From a bacterium (GTDB lineage: Bacteria; Hydrothermota; Tepidihabitantia; SM23-42; JAOAFX01), in contig DASVHD010000036.1 in NCBI GenBank assembly GCA_036382775.1, positions 18,657 through 82,656 of the forward strand: DNA of 64,000 bases, in the 5' to 3' direction. Position 1 is the first letter of the stretch, and every line of letters starts with the position of its first letter. The position numbers and the translations under genes are program-made. A model generated the notes under the pieces. That model worked only from the letters and a program-made list of their open reading frames with translations. It was not told where the DNA came from and made no database searches. Below, in pieces: positions 55,953-64,000 of this stretch.

Positions 55953-57340
55953 CGATTTTTCGGGTAAAGGTAAAAAGAACCGAAGATTATTGTTGCTGAA
56001 TTTTTTGTGATCCTGGTTTTTAGATACTCCAATGCCTTTTTTACAGTTCCGGCAATAATGATGTTTTTCTGATACTTTTTTGCACTTTTGAAGATCTCAA
56101 CCGGTTCCATTGCCCGGGGATGGTCGGCTTTTACAAGCAGGACTTCTCGGGCTTTGGGGAAAATATGCTTGATCGCGTAATTTATATCCTTCTCCGTGCT
56201 GCAGCCGAAGATGAGAAAAAGACCGCGCTTTGGAGTAGGGTCTTTAGCCCCGTCTTTCATGAGCCTGAAGGCTCTACTCCAAAAAACCTCATTCAGATTT
56301 TGTTCCAGCGCCCGAAACGAATCTTCGTTATGAGCCACATCAAAAATCACCAGCGGCTTTTTCGAGATAACCTCAAAACGGCCCTGCAATTTAGTATTTG
56401 CGATCCCTGCTTTCACCGCCGGTATATTTATCTCTATGCCTTGATCCCTCAACCGGCTCACCACTGCCAGCGCGAGCGAGAGATTCTCGACCTGATGTCT
56501 ACCTGCCATAGGCAGGTGCGCGTCGAACTCACCCCGCCTGCCTTTGATATGGACATCCATGCCGGTCATATCCATGCGCAGGACCTTTATCCTGTGGAGG
56601 TCATTGGCAAAAATGACCGCATGTTTTCGCTTTCTGGCAACCTTTCTTAAAACCTTTTCAACAACAGATCGCTGGTGGATGGTGATGACTGTGGGTTCAA
56701 GTATCCGCCTTGTCACCCCCCACCCTTCCCTCCCCCGCAGGTGGGGAGGGATTAAGGGAGGGGGGATTTTTTTAATGATCCCCGCCTTCTCGCGTGCGAT
56801 CCGCTCCAATGTCTTGCCCAGCATGTTCATGTGATCATACCCGATCCTGGTAATTACCGGAATAACAGGACCGGTAACGACGTTCGTCGCGTCCAGACGT
56901 CCGCCAAGACCGACTTCCAGTACCGCGATATCGACCTTGTGCCGGGCGAAATGAATGAACGCCATGGTTGTGAGGACTTCAAAGAACGTCCGCGCGCCGA
57001 TCCTGGTCTTATGGTCGATCAATGGTTTTATGATCTTTATATATCGATCAAGCTCTTTATTGGAAATTTCCTTATTATTTATCCTGATCCGCTCGTTGAT
57101 CCTGCGCAGGTGCGGCGAGGTGTACAAACCGGTCTTGTAGCCATTGGCGATCAGACAGGAATTGACCATCGCCGCGGTCGATCCCTTGCCTTTTGTGCCG
57201 GCGATCAAGACAATATTCTTGAGTTTTTTCTGTGGTGAACCGAGTTTTCTTAAAAATTTTGTATATGCATCGAGGTCATAATGATAGCCGGGGACTTTTT
57301 CGTAGTTGATTAATGAACCGAGAAAAGAAACAACGTTCAT
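55949..57340 (-). CDS. folC: folylpolyglutamate synthase/dihydrofolate synthase with two repeat-derived inserts
   Basis: AGTKGKGST, YTSPHL..INERI, TFFE, EVGLGGRLDATN, GYDH, EKAGIIK, GRFE, DVAHN, FGSFYL. Confidence 0.93.
   Translation of the reverse strand: MNVVSFLGSLINYEKVPGYHYDLDAYTKFLRKLGSPQKKLKNIVLIAGTKGKGSTAAMVNSCLIANGYKTGLYTSPHLRRINERIRINNKEISNKELDRYIKIIKPLIDHKTRIGARTFFEVLTTMAFIHFARHKVDIAVLEVGLGGRLDATNVVTGPVIPVITRIGYDHMNMLGKTLERIAREKAGIIKKIPPPLIPPHLRGREGWGVTRRILEPTVITIHQRSVVEKVLRKVARKRKHAVIFANDLHRIKVLRMDMTGMDVHIKGRRGEFDAHLPMAGRHQVENLSLALAVVSRLRDQGIEINIPAVKAGIANTKLQGRFEVISKKPLVIFDVAHNEDSFRALEQNLNEVFWSRAFRLMKDGAKDPTPKRGLFLIFGCSTEKDINYAIKHIFPKAREVLLVKADHPRAMEPVEIFKSAKKYQKNIIIAGTVKKALEYLKTRITKNSATIIFGSFYLYPKNR
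56229..56283. repeat. GTAG-type REP-like inverted repeat (family B) in-frame within folC
   Basis: tttggagtagggtctttagcc ... gcctgaaggctctactccaaa. Confidence 0.75.
56713..56766. repeat. family-A palindrome in-frame within folC
   Basis: tcaccccccacccttccctcccc-cgcaggt-ggggagggattaagggagggggga, encoding PPPLIPPHLRGREGWGV. Confidence 0.8.
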
Positions 57341-57345
57341 TTTTC

Positions 57346-57456
57346 CGAATTACACGAATGACAGCTAATATTCCGAATTCGATTCATTCGGTATCATTCG
57401 CATTATTCGTTTTGTTTTCATTCGCTGCCATTCGTCCCATTCGTAATAACTATTCG
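57346..57456. repeat. ~9-bp periodic CGAAT/ATTCG repeat tract with inverted halves
   Basis: cgaattaca cgaatgaca gctaatattc cgaat, then attcggtatc attcgcatt attcgttt...attcgctgcc attcgtccc attcgtaa. Similar tract at 38157-38204. Confidence 0.7.
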
Positions 57457-58319
57457 CCCAAGCTTTTCATTTTTAACGCGATGTCGATCGCCGGCGCCGA
57501 GTGTGTGAGCGCGCCGATCGAAATATAATCAGCCCCGCAGTCGGCATACTCTTCGATATTGTCCAGGTTGACGCCGCCGCTGATCTCGGTCTCGAGTTTG
57601 TCCGAAGACAACTTGACCATTGTCACTGCTTGTTGGGCAAGTTCGATCCGCATATTATCCAGCATCAGGCGGTTGACCGGCAGGCGCATCGCTTCCTTGA
57701 CCTCATCCATGGTCCTTACTTCCACTTCGATGTATGCTCTCTTTTTTTTCTGCCTGACCGCCTGAACCGCCTTGGTAATACTCCCCGCGATCTGGATATG
57801 GTTATCCTTGATCAGGACCATGTCGTAAAGCCCGAACCGGTGATTAAATCCGCCGCCCGTGCGCACCGCGTATTTTTCCATCAACCTCAGTCCCGGCGTC
57901 GTTTTTCTCGTGTCCAGGATCTTGGTCCGGCCCGCAGCAGCATCAACGAACTTTCTGGTTAGGGTCGCGATCCCGCTTAATTGCTGCATGAAATTCAGCG
58001 CCGTTCTCTCGGCCTTGAGGCATGACGCAGCCGACCCGATGACCGTGGCGATGGTCTGTCCCGGACTCAGCCGGTCGCCGTCTTTCATTTTGGGTTCGAA
58101 CTTCACCTGGTCATCGACTTTGGCAAAGACCATGCGTGCGATCTCCACCCCGCACAGCACACCTTCTTCTTTTGGGAAGATCACGCCGAGCGTTCTTTTG
58201 TCGCTGCTGACGATCGCGTTGGTGGTGATATCGCCCCGGCCGATATCCTCCTTAAGCGCCCTGACGACGATCTTCAGGAATTCTCTGTTATACCATTCTT
58301 CCGTAACGATAGTGGTAAT
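57450..58319 (-). CDS. nadC: nicotinate-nucleotide pyrophosphorylase (carboxylating), probable ATT start
   Basis: ALKEDIGRGDITT, ERTALN, DTRKTTPG, HRFGL, IKDNH, EVEV, MLDN, SGG, IGALTHS. The conserved N-terminus lies upstream of the first ATG/GTG/TTG (58184). Confidence 0.9.
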   Translation of the reverse strand: MTTIVTEEWYNREFLKIVVRALKEDIGRGDITTNAIVSSDKRTLGVIFPKEEGVLCGVEIARMVFAKVDDQVKFEPKMKDGDRLSPGQTIATVIGSAASCLKAERTALNFMQQLSGIATLTRKFVDAAAGRTKILDTRKTTPGLRLMEKYAVRTGGGFNHRFGLYDMVLIKDNHIQIAGSITKAVQAVRQKKKRAYIEVEVRTMDEVKEAMRLPVNRLMLDNMRIELAQQAVTMVKLSSDKLETEISGGVNLDNIEEYADCGADYISIGALTHSAPAIDIALKMKSLGE

Positions 58320-58341
58320 GGTTCCCCCTTTGCCTGTCGGC

Positions 58342-60366
58342 CTACGGCCTGCGCCCGCGATCCCGGGTGCGTACGCCTGGATCGCTGCTGGCTTTTGTTC
58401 CCTGCTTTTCCAGTTTGCGCCTTATCAGTTTTATCTGATCGCGCAGCTTGGCCGCCTGCTCAAACTCCATGAGCGATACCGCATCGGCCATTTCCCGGTA
58501 CAGATTTTCGATCTCCTCGATGCCACTATCACTCGCTGGTTCTTTCTCCACGGCGCGATCCGCCACCGAAGTCGCCTTCAATATCTCCTCGGGCGATTTC
58601 ACGATGCTTTTCGGAATTATATGGTATTTTTCATTATATTCAAGCTGACGCTTGCGCCGACGCTCCATCTCCTCGATCGCCCGTTTCATGGAATCGGTCA
58701 TCGTGTCCGCATACATGATCACTTCGCTCCGGACATTGCGGGCGGCCCGGCCCGCGGTCTGGATTAACGAACGCTCGCTGCGCAGAAAACCTTCACGGTC
58801 GGCGTCCAGGATAGCCACCAGCGCGACTTCGGGCAGGTCCAGACCCTCGCGCAGCAGGTTTATCCCCACGAGCACGTCGAACTCGCCAAGCCGTAGTCCC
58901 CGCAAGATCTCCACGCGCTGGATCGCGTCGATCTCGGAGTGCATGTACCTTACTCTTATGCCGAGCTCGTTCAGGTATTGCGCCAGATCTTCGGCCATGC
59001 GTTTAGTCAGCGTCGTCACCAGCACGCGCTCATGCACGCTAACCCTCTTTTGAATCTCGTTTATCAGATCGTCGACCTGATTGTTCGCCGGTTTGATCGT
59101 CACCATGGGGTCAATGATGCCGGTGGGCCGCACGATCTGTTCGATGATCCGTTTGCCCGACCGCTCGATCTCCCACTGCGCCGGTGTCGCCGAAATACAG
59201 ACGGCCTGGTTGACCAGCGATTCAAATTCGTCAAACTTCAAGGGCCGGTTCTCCAGTGCCGACGGCAACCGGAAACCGTATTCGACCAACGTCGTCTTCC
59301 GCGAATGGTCGCCCGCGTACATGCCCTCGATCTGCGGAATCGTGACATGGGATTCGTCGATGACCAGGAGAAAATCCTTAGGGTAGTAATCGATCAAACA
59401 AAACGGCCTTTCGCCCGGGTTGCGGCCGGACAGATGCATGGAATAATTTTCAATGCCCGGGCAGTAACCCAGTTCCGTGAGCATTTCGATATCAAAACGG
59501 GTCCGCTGGATGAGTCGCTGGGCTTCCAGGAACTTACCCTGTGTTTCCAGGGCCTTGACGCGGTCTTCGAGTTCCTGTTCGATCCTGCCCACCGCCTCCT
59601 CGATCCGGGGCTGGGTCGTGATGAAATGTTTTGCCGGGAAGATCACTGTCTGTTCCAGTTCCTTCTTTATATAGCCGGTAAGGGGGTCGAAGACCTGGAT
59701 CTTTTCCACCACTTCACGGTCACCGGACAACACGATCCTGACGCCGTCCCTTTCATCGGCCGGATGCACGTCGATGATCTCACCACGCACCCGGAACGTG
59801 CCGGGCAGGAACTGAATGTCATTGCGCGAATACTGGATCGAAACCAGGCCGCTCATGATCGATTCGCGGCTTTTCTCTTTATGCTTTACGATTTCCACCA
59901 CGAGTTCGCGCACCTCGTCCGGTGAGCCGATGTTGAAAATACACGACACCGACGCCACGATGACCACGTCTTCCCGCGTGAGCAGGGCCGATGTCGCCTT
60001 CAGCCGAAGCCGGCTTATCTCCTCGTTGATCGATGCGTCCTTCTCAATGTACAGGTCGCTTGCCGGCACATAAGCCTCGGGTTGGTAATAATCATAATAG
60101 GATATGAAATACTCTACGCTGTTTTCCGGGAAGAAAGACTTGAATTCGCTGTACAGCTGGGCCGCCAATGCCTTGTTGTGCGAAATGACGAGGGTCGGCT
60201 TCTGGATCTTTTCTATGACATTGGCGATCGTGAACGTTTTGCCCGAACCGGTCACACCCAGAAGTGTCTGGTATTTACAGCCGTCGCTTATGCCTTGTGC
60301 CAGTTGTTCGATCGCTTCCGGCTGGTCGCCGGCCGGCTTAAAGTCCGCGTGTAATTTAAGGCTCAC
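58342..60366 (-). CDS. uvrB: excinuclease ABC subunit B
   Basis: [59 protein letters not shown]. Confidence 0.97.
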   Translation of the reverse strand: MSLKLHADFKPAGDQPEAIEQLAQGISDGCKYQTLLGVTGSGKTFTIANVIEKIQKPTLVISHNKALAAQLYSEFKSFFPENSVEYFISYYDYYQPEAYVPASDLYIEKDASINEEISRLRLKATSALLTREDVVIVASVSCIFNIGSPDEVRELVVEIVKHKEKSRESIMSGLVSIQYSRNDIQFLPGTFRVRGEIIDVHPADERDGVRIVLSGDREVVEKIQVFDPLTGYIKKELEQTVIFPAKHFITTQPRIEEAVGRIEQELEDRVKALETQGKFLEAQRLIQRTRFDIEMLTELGYCPGIENYSMHLSGRNPGERPFCLIDYYPKDFLLVIDESHVTIPQIEGMYAGDHSRKTTLVEYGFRLPSALENRPLKFDEFESLVNQAVCISATPAQWEIERSGKRIIEQIVRPTGIIDPMVTIKPANNQVDDLINEIQKRVSVHERVLVTTLTKRMAEDLAQYLNELGIRVRYMHSEIDAIQRVEILRGLRLGEFDVLVGINLLREGLDLPEVALVAILDADREGFLRSERSLIQTAGRAARNVRSEVIMYADTMTDSMKRAIEEMERRRKRQLEYNEKYHIIPKSIVKSPEEILKATSVADRAVEKEPASDSGIEEIENLYREMADAVSLMEFEQAAKLRDQIKLIRRKLEKQGTKASSDPGVRTRDRGRRP

Positions 60367-62041
60367 GCCGGAAAACGCGGTATGATTTTGGAGCGATGGA
60401 TACTTTAAGCTGCTGCTGGAAAACGGTTATTTTTTCACCGCTCAGCAGATCGGCATACGTGCCATCCCAGGCCGGCAGCATGACAAAAGCCGGAGCCTCC
60501 CCGGAATTGAGGACCGTGATCAGACCCCCGCGATCGTACGCGTAGACCTGCGTGATATCATTCGCCAGGAGCGTGTAGAAATACTTGCTCGCGATCTGTC
60601 CATTGGCTTTCCGGATCCCGATGAGCCGCTTGATCTCGGAGAGCAGGTTCAGGTCCTGCCCTGCTGGGTTGGAAACAAAACTCCCCAGGTTCAGGGATTC
60701 GGCTTCGGTCATGCCGATCTCGTCGCCGTAAGTGATGACCGGCGATCCGCAGAACGTCATTATGAACGCGTACAGGTTCTTGATGTCGCCTGCGTCGACA
60801 AATTCCCTGATCCGGTAGTCGAACGTGCTGGCGGCCATGAGGTTGAACGCGTTCGCCTGCGAAGGCGTCCAGAAAAGGATCTTGTGCAGCGCTTGGTCGA
60901 ACTGCGACACGGGGATCGTCTTGCGGCCGAAATAATTGAGGATCAGTTCGGTCATTGCGGGCTTGAGGCTTCCGTCAAGTCCGTCTCCCGTGAGCGGCCT
61001 GGAATCGGTACCGACAAGAAGCAAACTGGGATATTTCGCCTTGATGAACGCGCGGAGATCCTTTAAAAAATCGACATTGATTGCGGGATCCTCGCCGATA
61101 TAAAACCCGTCGATACCGAACTGGCGCCAGTATTCGATGTAACCCATCAGGTAACTTCTCACCTGCGGATCCTTCAGGTTTAATTTTGGAAAATGCGGGT
61201 CCCCGCGCCAGCATTCAAAGTACGTACTGGACAGTTTTACCGGCCTGGTCTTGACCTGGTACCAGTTCAGGTATTTGGAACTATCCTGCGCGTGGAGGAT
61301 GTCCGTAAATGCCGGGAAATCGCTACCCGTGTGCGTAGCGATGAACATCAGGACGACTTTTTTATTGCGCCGGTGCGTTTCAACAATAAGGGAGCGAAGT
61401 GCGGCCGTGTCGCCGAACACGGGATCGACCGAGCCGAAATCGAAAAAATTGAACTTGTGATTGGAATTCGCGGTCCCGACCGGTGACAGCAGCAAAATGT
61501 CTATATTCAGCGAATCAAGATAATCGAGCTGGTCCTTGACCCCTGAAAGATCGCCGCCATAAGATGCCCAGTCCTGCGGTTTGCTTCCCCACGACCTCAT
61601 ACCCGGCGGCTCACTGACCAGATCACCGTTCCTGAAACCGTCTATAAAGATCAGGTAGTATACCTTGCTTGCGGCCCAGGCCGGCGGTGCGAACATCGTT
61701 ACTTGCGGCCGGAAAGCACCAACCGGCGGGAAAACGAGCGAATCAGCCCCGGCCTTGACCACAAAATAATAAACGAGAGTAGTATCGAATGCCCCGATAT
61801 CAGCGGTGAAATAATCAAAGTAATCATCCTGGTAAGCTATATCCATCCGCGCCGCCAACGAATCCCGCATTAAAAAAGCTTGCTTCACGGTGTTTTTCCT
61901 GGCTTTCAGACGGATCTCGCCGGCCACCGGGTTCACATAGAAAAGTTCGCGGTTATTGTGCGCAACGTCATCGACGGCAAGCGCCATACCGAGCGCGCAT
62001 AAACTTAACAGCAACACAACAGATCTTTTTACATGTCCCAT
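60356..62041 (-). CDS. secreted GH13 (cyclomaltodextrinase/neopullulanase-like) protein with degenerate catalytic motifs
   Basis: PAWA...[19 protein letters not shown]...LDYL, HTG, PKLN, YGDEIG. The catalytic regions read [13 protein letters not shown] and STFD. Start ATG 62041, 7 nt after a -10 box. Confidence 0.8.
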   Translation of the reverse strand: MGHVKRSVVLLLSLCALGMALAVDDVAHNNRELFYVNPVAGEIRLKARKNTVKQAFLMRDSLAARMDIAYQDDYFDYFTADIGAFDTTLVYYFVVKAGADSLVFPPVGAFRPQVTMFAPPAWAASKVYYLIFIDGFRNGDLVSEPPGMRSWGSKPQDWASYGGDLSGVKDQLDYLDSLNIDILLLSPVGTANSNHKFNFFDFGSVDPVFGDTAALRSLIVETHRRNKKVVLMFIATHTGSDFPAFTDILHAQDSSKYLNWYQVKTRPVKLSSTYFECWRGDPHFPKLNLKDPQVRSYLMGYIEYWRQFGIDGFYIGEDPAINVDFLKDLRAFIKAKYPSLLLVGTDSRPLTGDGLDGSLKPAMTELILNYFGRKTIPVSQFDQALHKILFWTPSQANAFNLMAASTFDYRIREFVDAGDIKNLYAFIMTFCGSPVITYGDEIGMTEAESLNLGSFVSNPAGQDLNLLSEIKRLIGIRKANGQIASKYFYTLLANDITQVYAYDRGGLITVLNSGEAPAFVMLPAWDGTYADLLSGEKITVFQQQLKVSIAPKSYRVFRREP

Positions 62042-62048
62042 AATTAAT

Positions 62049-62151
62049 AGTGTATCTAATTTCCCAAACTTGTCAACAAGAAAAAGCATACCACGATAAA
62101 GACTTAAGTGCAAATTCATCCACTTGACGCGCATCGAAATTTAACTATCAT
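62049..62151. promoter_or_regulatory. divergent sigma70 promoters, both probably leaderless
   Basis: Minus strand TTGACA-N16-TACACT-N7-ATG (62049-62076); plus strand TTGACG-N16-TATCAT-N7-ATG (62124-62151). Confidence 0.65.
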
Positions 62152-62158
62152 TTCATAT

Positions 62159-63100
62159 ATGCTCGTGAATAATGAAGAAAAGAAATTACTGCTGAAGAAG
62201 AAAATTGGTGTTCTATGCGGCGGGTGGTCATCCGAACGCAAGATCTCGCTGGGCACCGGTGCCTGCGTTGTCGCTTCACTCGCAAAGCAGGGATTCAACA
62301 TGAAAGAGATCGATGTCGACAAGAACCTGATAAAAAAACTAAAGGATATCGACATCGCCTTCATTGCCCTCCACGGAAAATTCGGCGAGGACGGCACGGT
62401 CCAGGGGATCCTGGAATTCTTAGGTATTCCCTACACCGGCTCCGGCGTGATCGGCTCGGCCGTCGGGATGGACAAGATCGTCTCCAAGACGGTATTCACC
62501 GGCGCCTCTATCCCAACCCCGGAATATTACCATGAAAAAGACGCGAACCTCGACGAGATGGTGGAAAAACTCGGTTATCCGGTCGTCATTAAACCCTGCG
62601 CCGAAGGTTCCAGCGTCGGCGTGATCATCGCCCGGACGAAAAAACAATTGACGAACCACTACGCCAGGCTTTCAGCACAATTCCCGGATCTTTTCTTTGA
62701 AAAATTCATCAAAGGGATGATGGCAACCTGCGGGATCCTTAACGATGTTCCCCTTCCGATCCTGGAGATCGCGCCCAAAGAGCGGGCGTTCTATGATTAC
62801 AAATCAAAATACACGAAGGGCATGACCGAATACATCGTGCCGGCGCGGATACCGGAAGAGCAGTACAAAAAGACCCAGGCTTACGCCCTTGCCGCTCACC
62901 AAGCGATCGGTGCGTGTGGTTTTTCCAGGGTCGACTTCATGCTCGACCAGTCACAAAATCCGTATGTTCTGGAAGTCAACACGATCCCTGGACTGCTTCC
63001 TGAATCCAACCTTCCGCTGGAAGCGCGGGCGATCGGTCTGACCTATGATGAACTTATCTTCGAGATCCTAAAAACCGCTTTGCCGCGTATCCAAAAATAG
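62159..63100 (+). CDS. ddl: D-alanine--D-alanine ligase
   Basis: GGWSSER.ISL, ALHGKFGEDG, GIPYTGS, MDK, KP..EGSS.G, FYDYKSKY, RVDF, LEVNTIPG. Confidence 0.95.
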   Translation: MLVNNEEKKLLLKKKIGVLCGGWSSERKISLGTGACVVASLAKQGFNMKEIDVDKNLIKKLKDIDIAFIALHGKFGEDGTVQGILEFLGIPYTGSGVIGSAVGMDKIVSKTVFTGASIPTPEYYHEKDANLDEMVEKLGYPVVIKPCAEGSSVGVIIARTKKQLTNHYARLSAQFPDLFFEKFIKGMMATCGILNDVPLPILEIAPKERAFYDYKSKYTKGMTEYIVPARIPEEQYKKTQAYALAAHQAIGACGFSRVDFMLDQSQNPYVLEVNTIPGLLPESNLPLEARAIGLTYDELIFEILKTALPRIQK

Positions 63101-63107
63101 CTTTACT

Positions 63108-63155
63108 TAATCCCCATAACCACGAATCCACATTTATCCACGAGTTTTATCCACT
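63108..63155 (+). promoter_or_regulatory. cluster of DnaA-box-like 9-mers
   Basis: taatcccca, gaatccaca, ttatccacg, ttatccact in one orientation (consensus TTATCCACA). Confidence 0.45.
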
Positions 63156-63261
63156 TTTTATGGCAGGGCGGATTTCGTCCTACGCTATAGACAAAAGAAT
63201 CGACCAGGGTGGCGCCGTTTCGGCGTTTAACAAGATTCTCGCCATTATTATAATGTAAGCG

Positions 63262-64000
63262 TCATGGAAATTCTGTTGGAAACTTCTTCTTCAGTATCTG
63301 CTTGACAATCTTTGGCATGTCGACCTTCACGGTTCCGTCCTCATTGACCTGAACCTGCCAATTTAACACCCTGCGTTTGCCATCGATTATGCCGATTGTC
63401 GTTGTTTTCACCAGATAATGATTATTCATTCTACATACCCAGGTTCGCCATTTCTCAGAGGTTAATTGCTTTTTTAAACCTTTATTATAACATTCAGTCA
63501 TCGGCTTGAAAAAATCTGGTTCCAATGATCCAATCTCACTTCTGGAATTTGCAACTTCATTATAATTTTTGTTGACCTCCTCAGCAAATAATTGTGGTTC
63601 CCAAGATAGATATGGCATAACTAAACGCACAAACAACTTTGCTACGTTAATAGCTACCTCATAGTTGTTTACGTGGATCGCTTCCGATGCGATCATTCTG
63701 TTGAAATTACTTTCAAAATCGTCATTTACAATTATCATATTGAGACAAGTATCAATTATGCACACAATACCTGTTCTAGGTGGACGAGAATAATAATGAG
63801 GAAGCAATAATAATAATAGATTATTATGCATAAAAGGGGCTTCAATTGTACTCTGAAATCTATAAGTGGCATTGGTTTTAGTCGATATAGTTGAACACGC
63901 CTTCATCACTATCGAGTCGAAGACAACTGCAGTGTTCGCAAATTGCGGGTAAGTCATACTGTCGTCATGTGAAATAACATTATTCAATCCAGTTACCATA
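63262..64000 (-). CDS. AT-rich hypothetical protein, probably truncated at the window edge
   Basis: 245-codon open frame reaching the end of the window; no recognisable motif. Confidence 0.45.
   Translation of the reverse strand, partial: MVTGLNNVISHDDSMTYPQFANTAVVFDSIVMKACSTISTKTNATYRFQSTIEAPFMHNNLLLLLLPHYYSRPPRTGIVCIIDTCLNMIIVNDDFESNFNRMIASEAIHVNNYEVAINVAKLFVRLVMPYLSWEPQLFAEEVNKNYNEVANSRSEIGSLEPDFFKPMTECYNKGLKKQLTSEKWRTWVCRMNNHYLVKTTTIGIIDGKRRVLNWQVQVNEDGTVKVDMPKIVKQILKKKFPTEFP

Noticed and set aside
1-64000. CRISPR array or cas genes
   Set aside because: No 23-47-bp direct repeats with unique spacers were seen; all repeats are 6-12-bp tandem units or isolated palindromes.

Overview
This is bacterial chromosomal DNA from a diderm organism. 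By inference it is an FCB-superphylum lineage such as candidate division WOR-3, since it carries sprA, lnt, lpxB, gingipain-like C25 proteins and several T9SS-type C-terminal sorting domains. Most of the window is housekeeping and envelope genes: pcrA/uvrD, IHF/HU, glnA, tatC, nnr, dxs, ispA, pdxB, rnfCDGEA, folC, nadC, uvrB, ddl and tRNA-Gly(GCC). I found no CRISPR array, transposase or integrase. The most unusual observations are: (1) an ~845-aa protein in which a membrane HExxH (M50-like) domain is fused to a circularly permuted enolase (TIM barrel before capping domain) with the catalytic motifs intact, upstream of an HtpX-like/GYF/Zn-ribbon protease; (2) at least three palindromic REP/MITE-like families plus many 7-9-bp tandem repeats, two palindromes lying in-frame inside folC; (3) a sprA operon with a glutaminyl-cyclase-like M28 enzyme and no Gld/Por motor genes; (4) a sigma54 operon of uncharacterised secreted proteins with tandem enhancer-like sites; (5) a tRNA-adjacent islet with four hairpins, a small membrane protein and an HEPN-motif protein; (6) near-consensus sigma70 promoters with mostly 16-bp spacers and many probably leaderless starts; (7) a two-FMN-domain RnfG with no rnfB in the operon, a degenerate secreted GH13 and a probable ATT start for nadC. 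All calls come from reading motifs by eye; no database searches were run.
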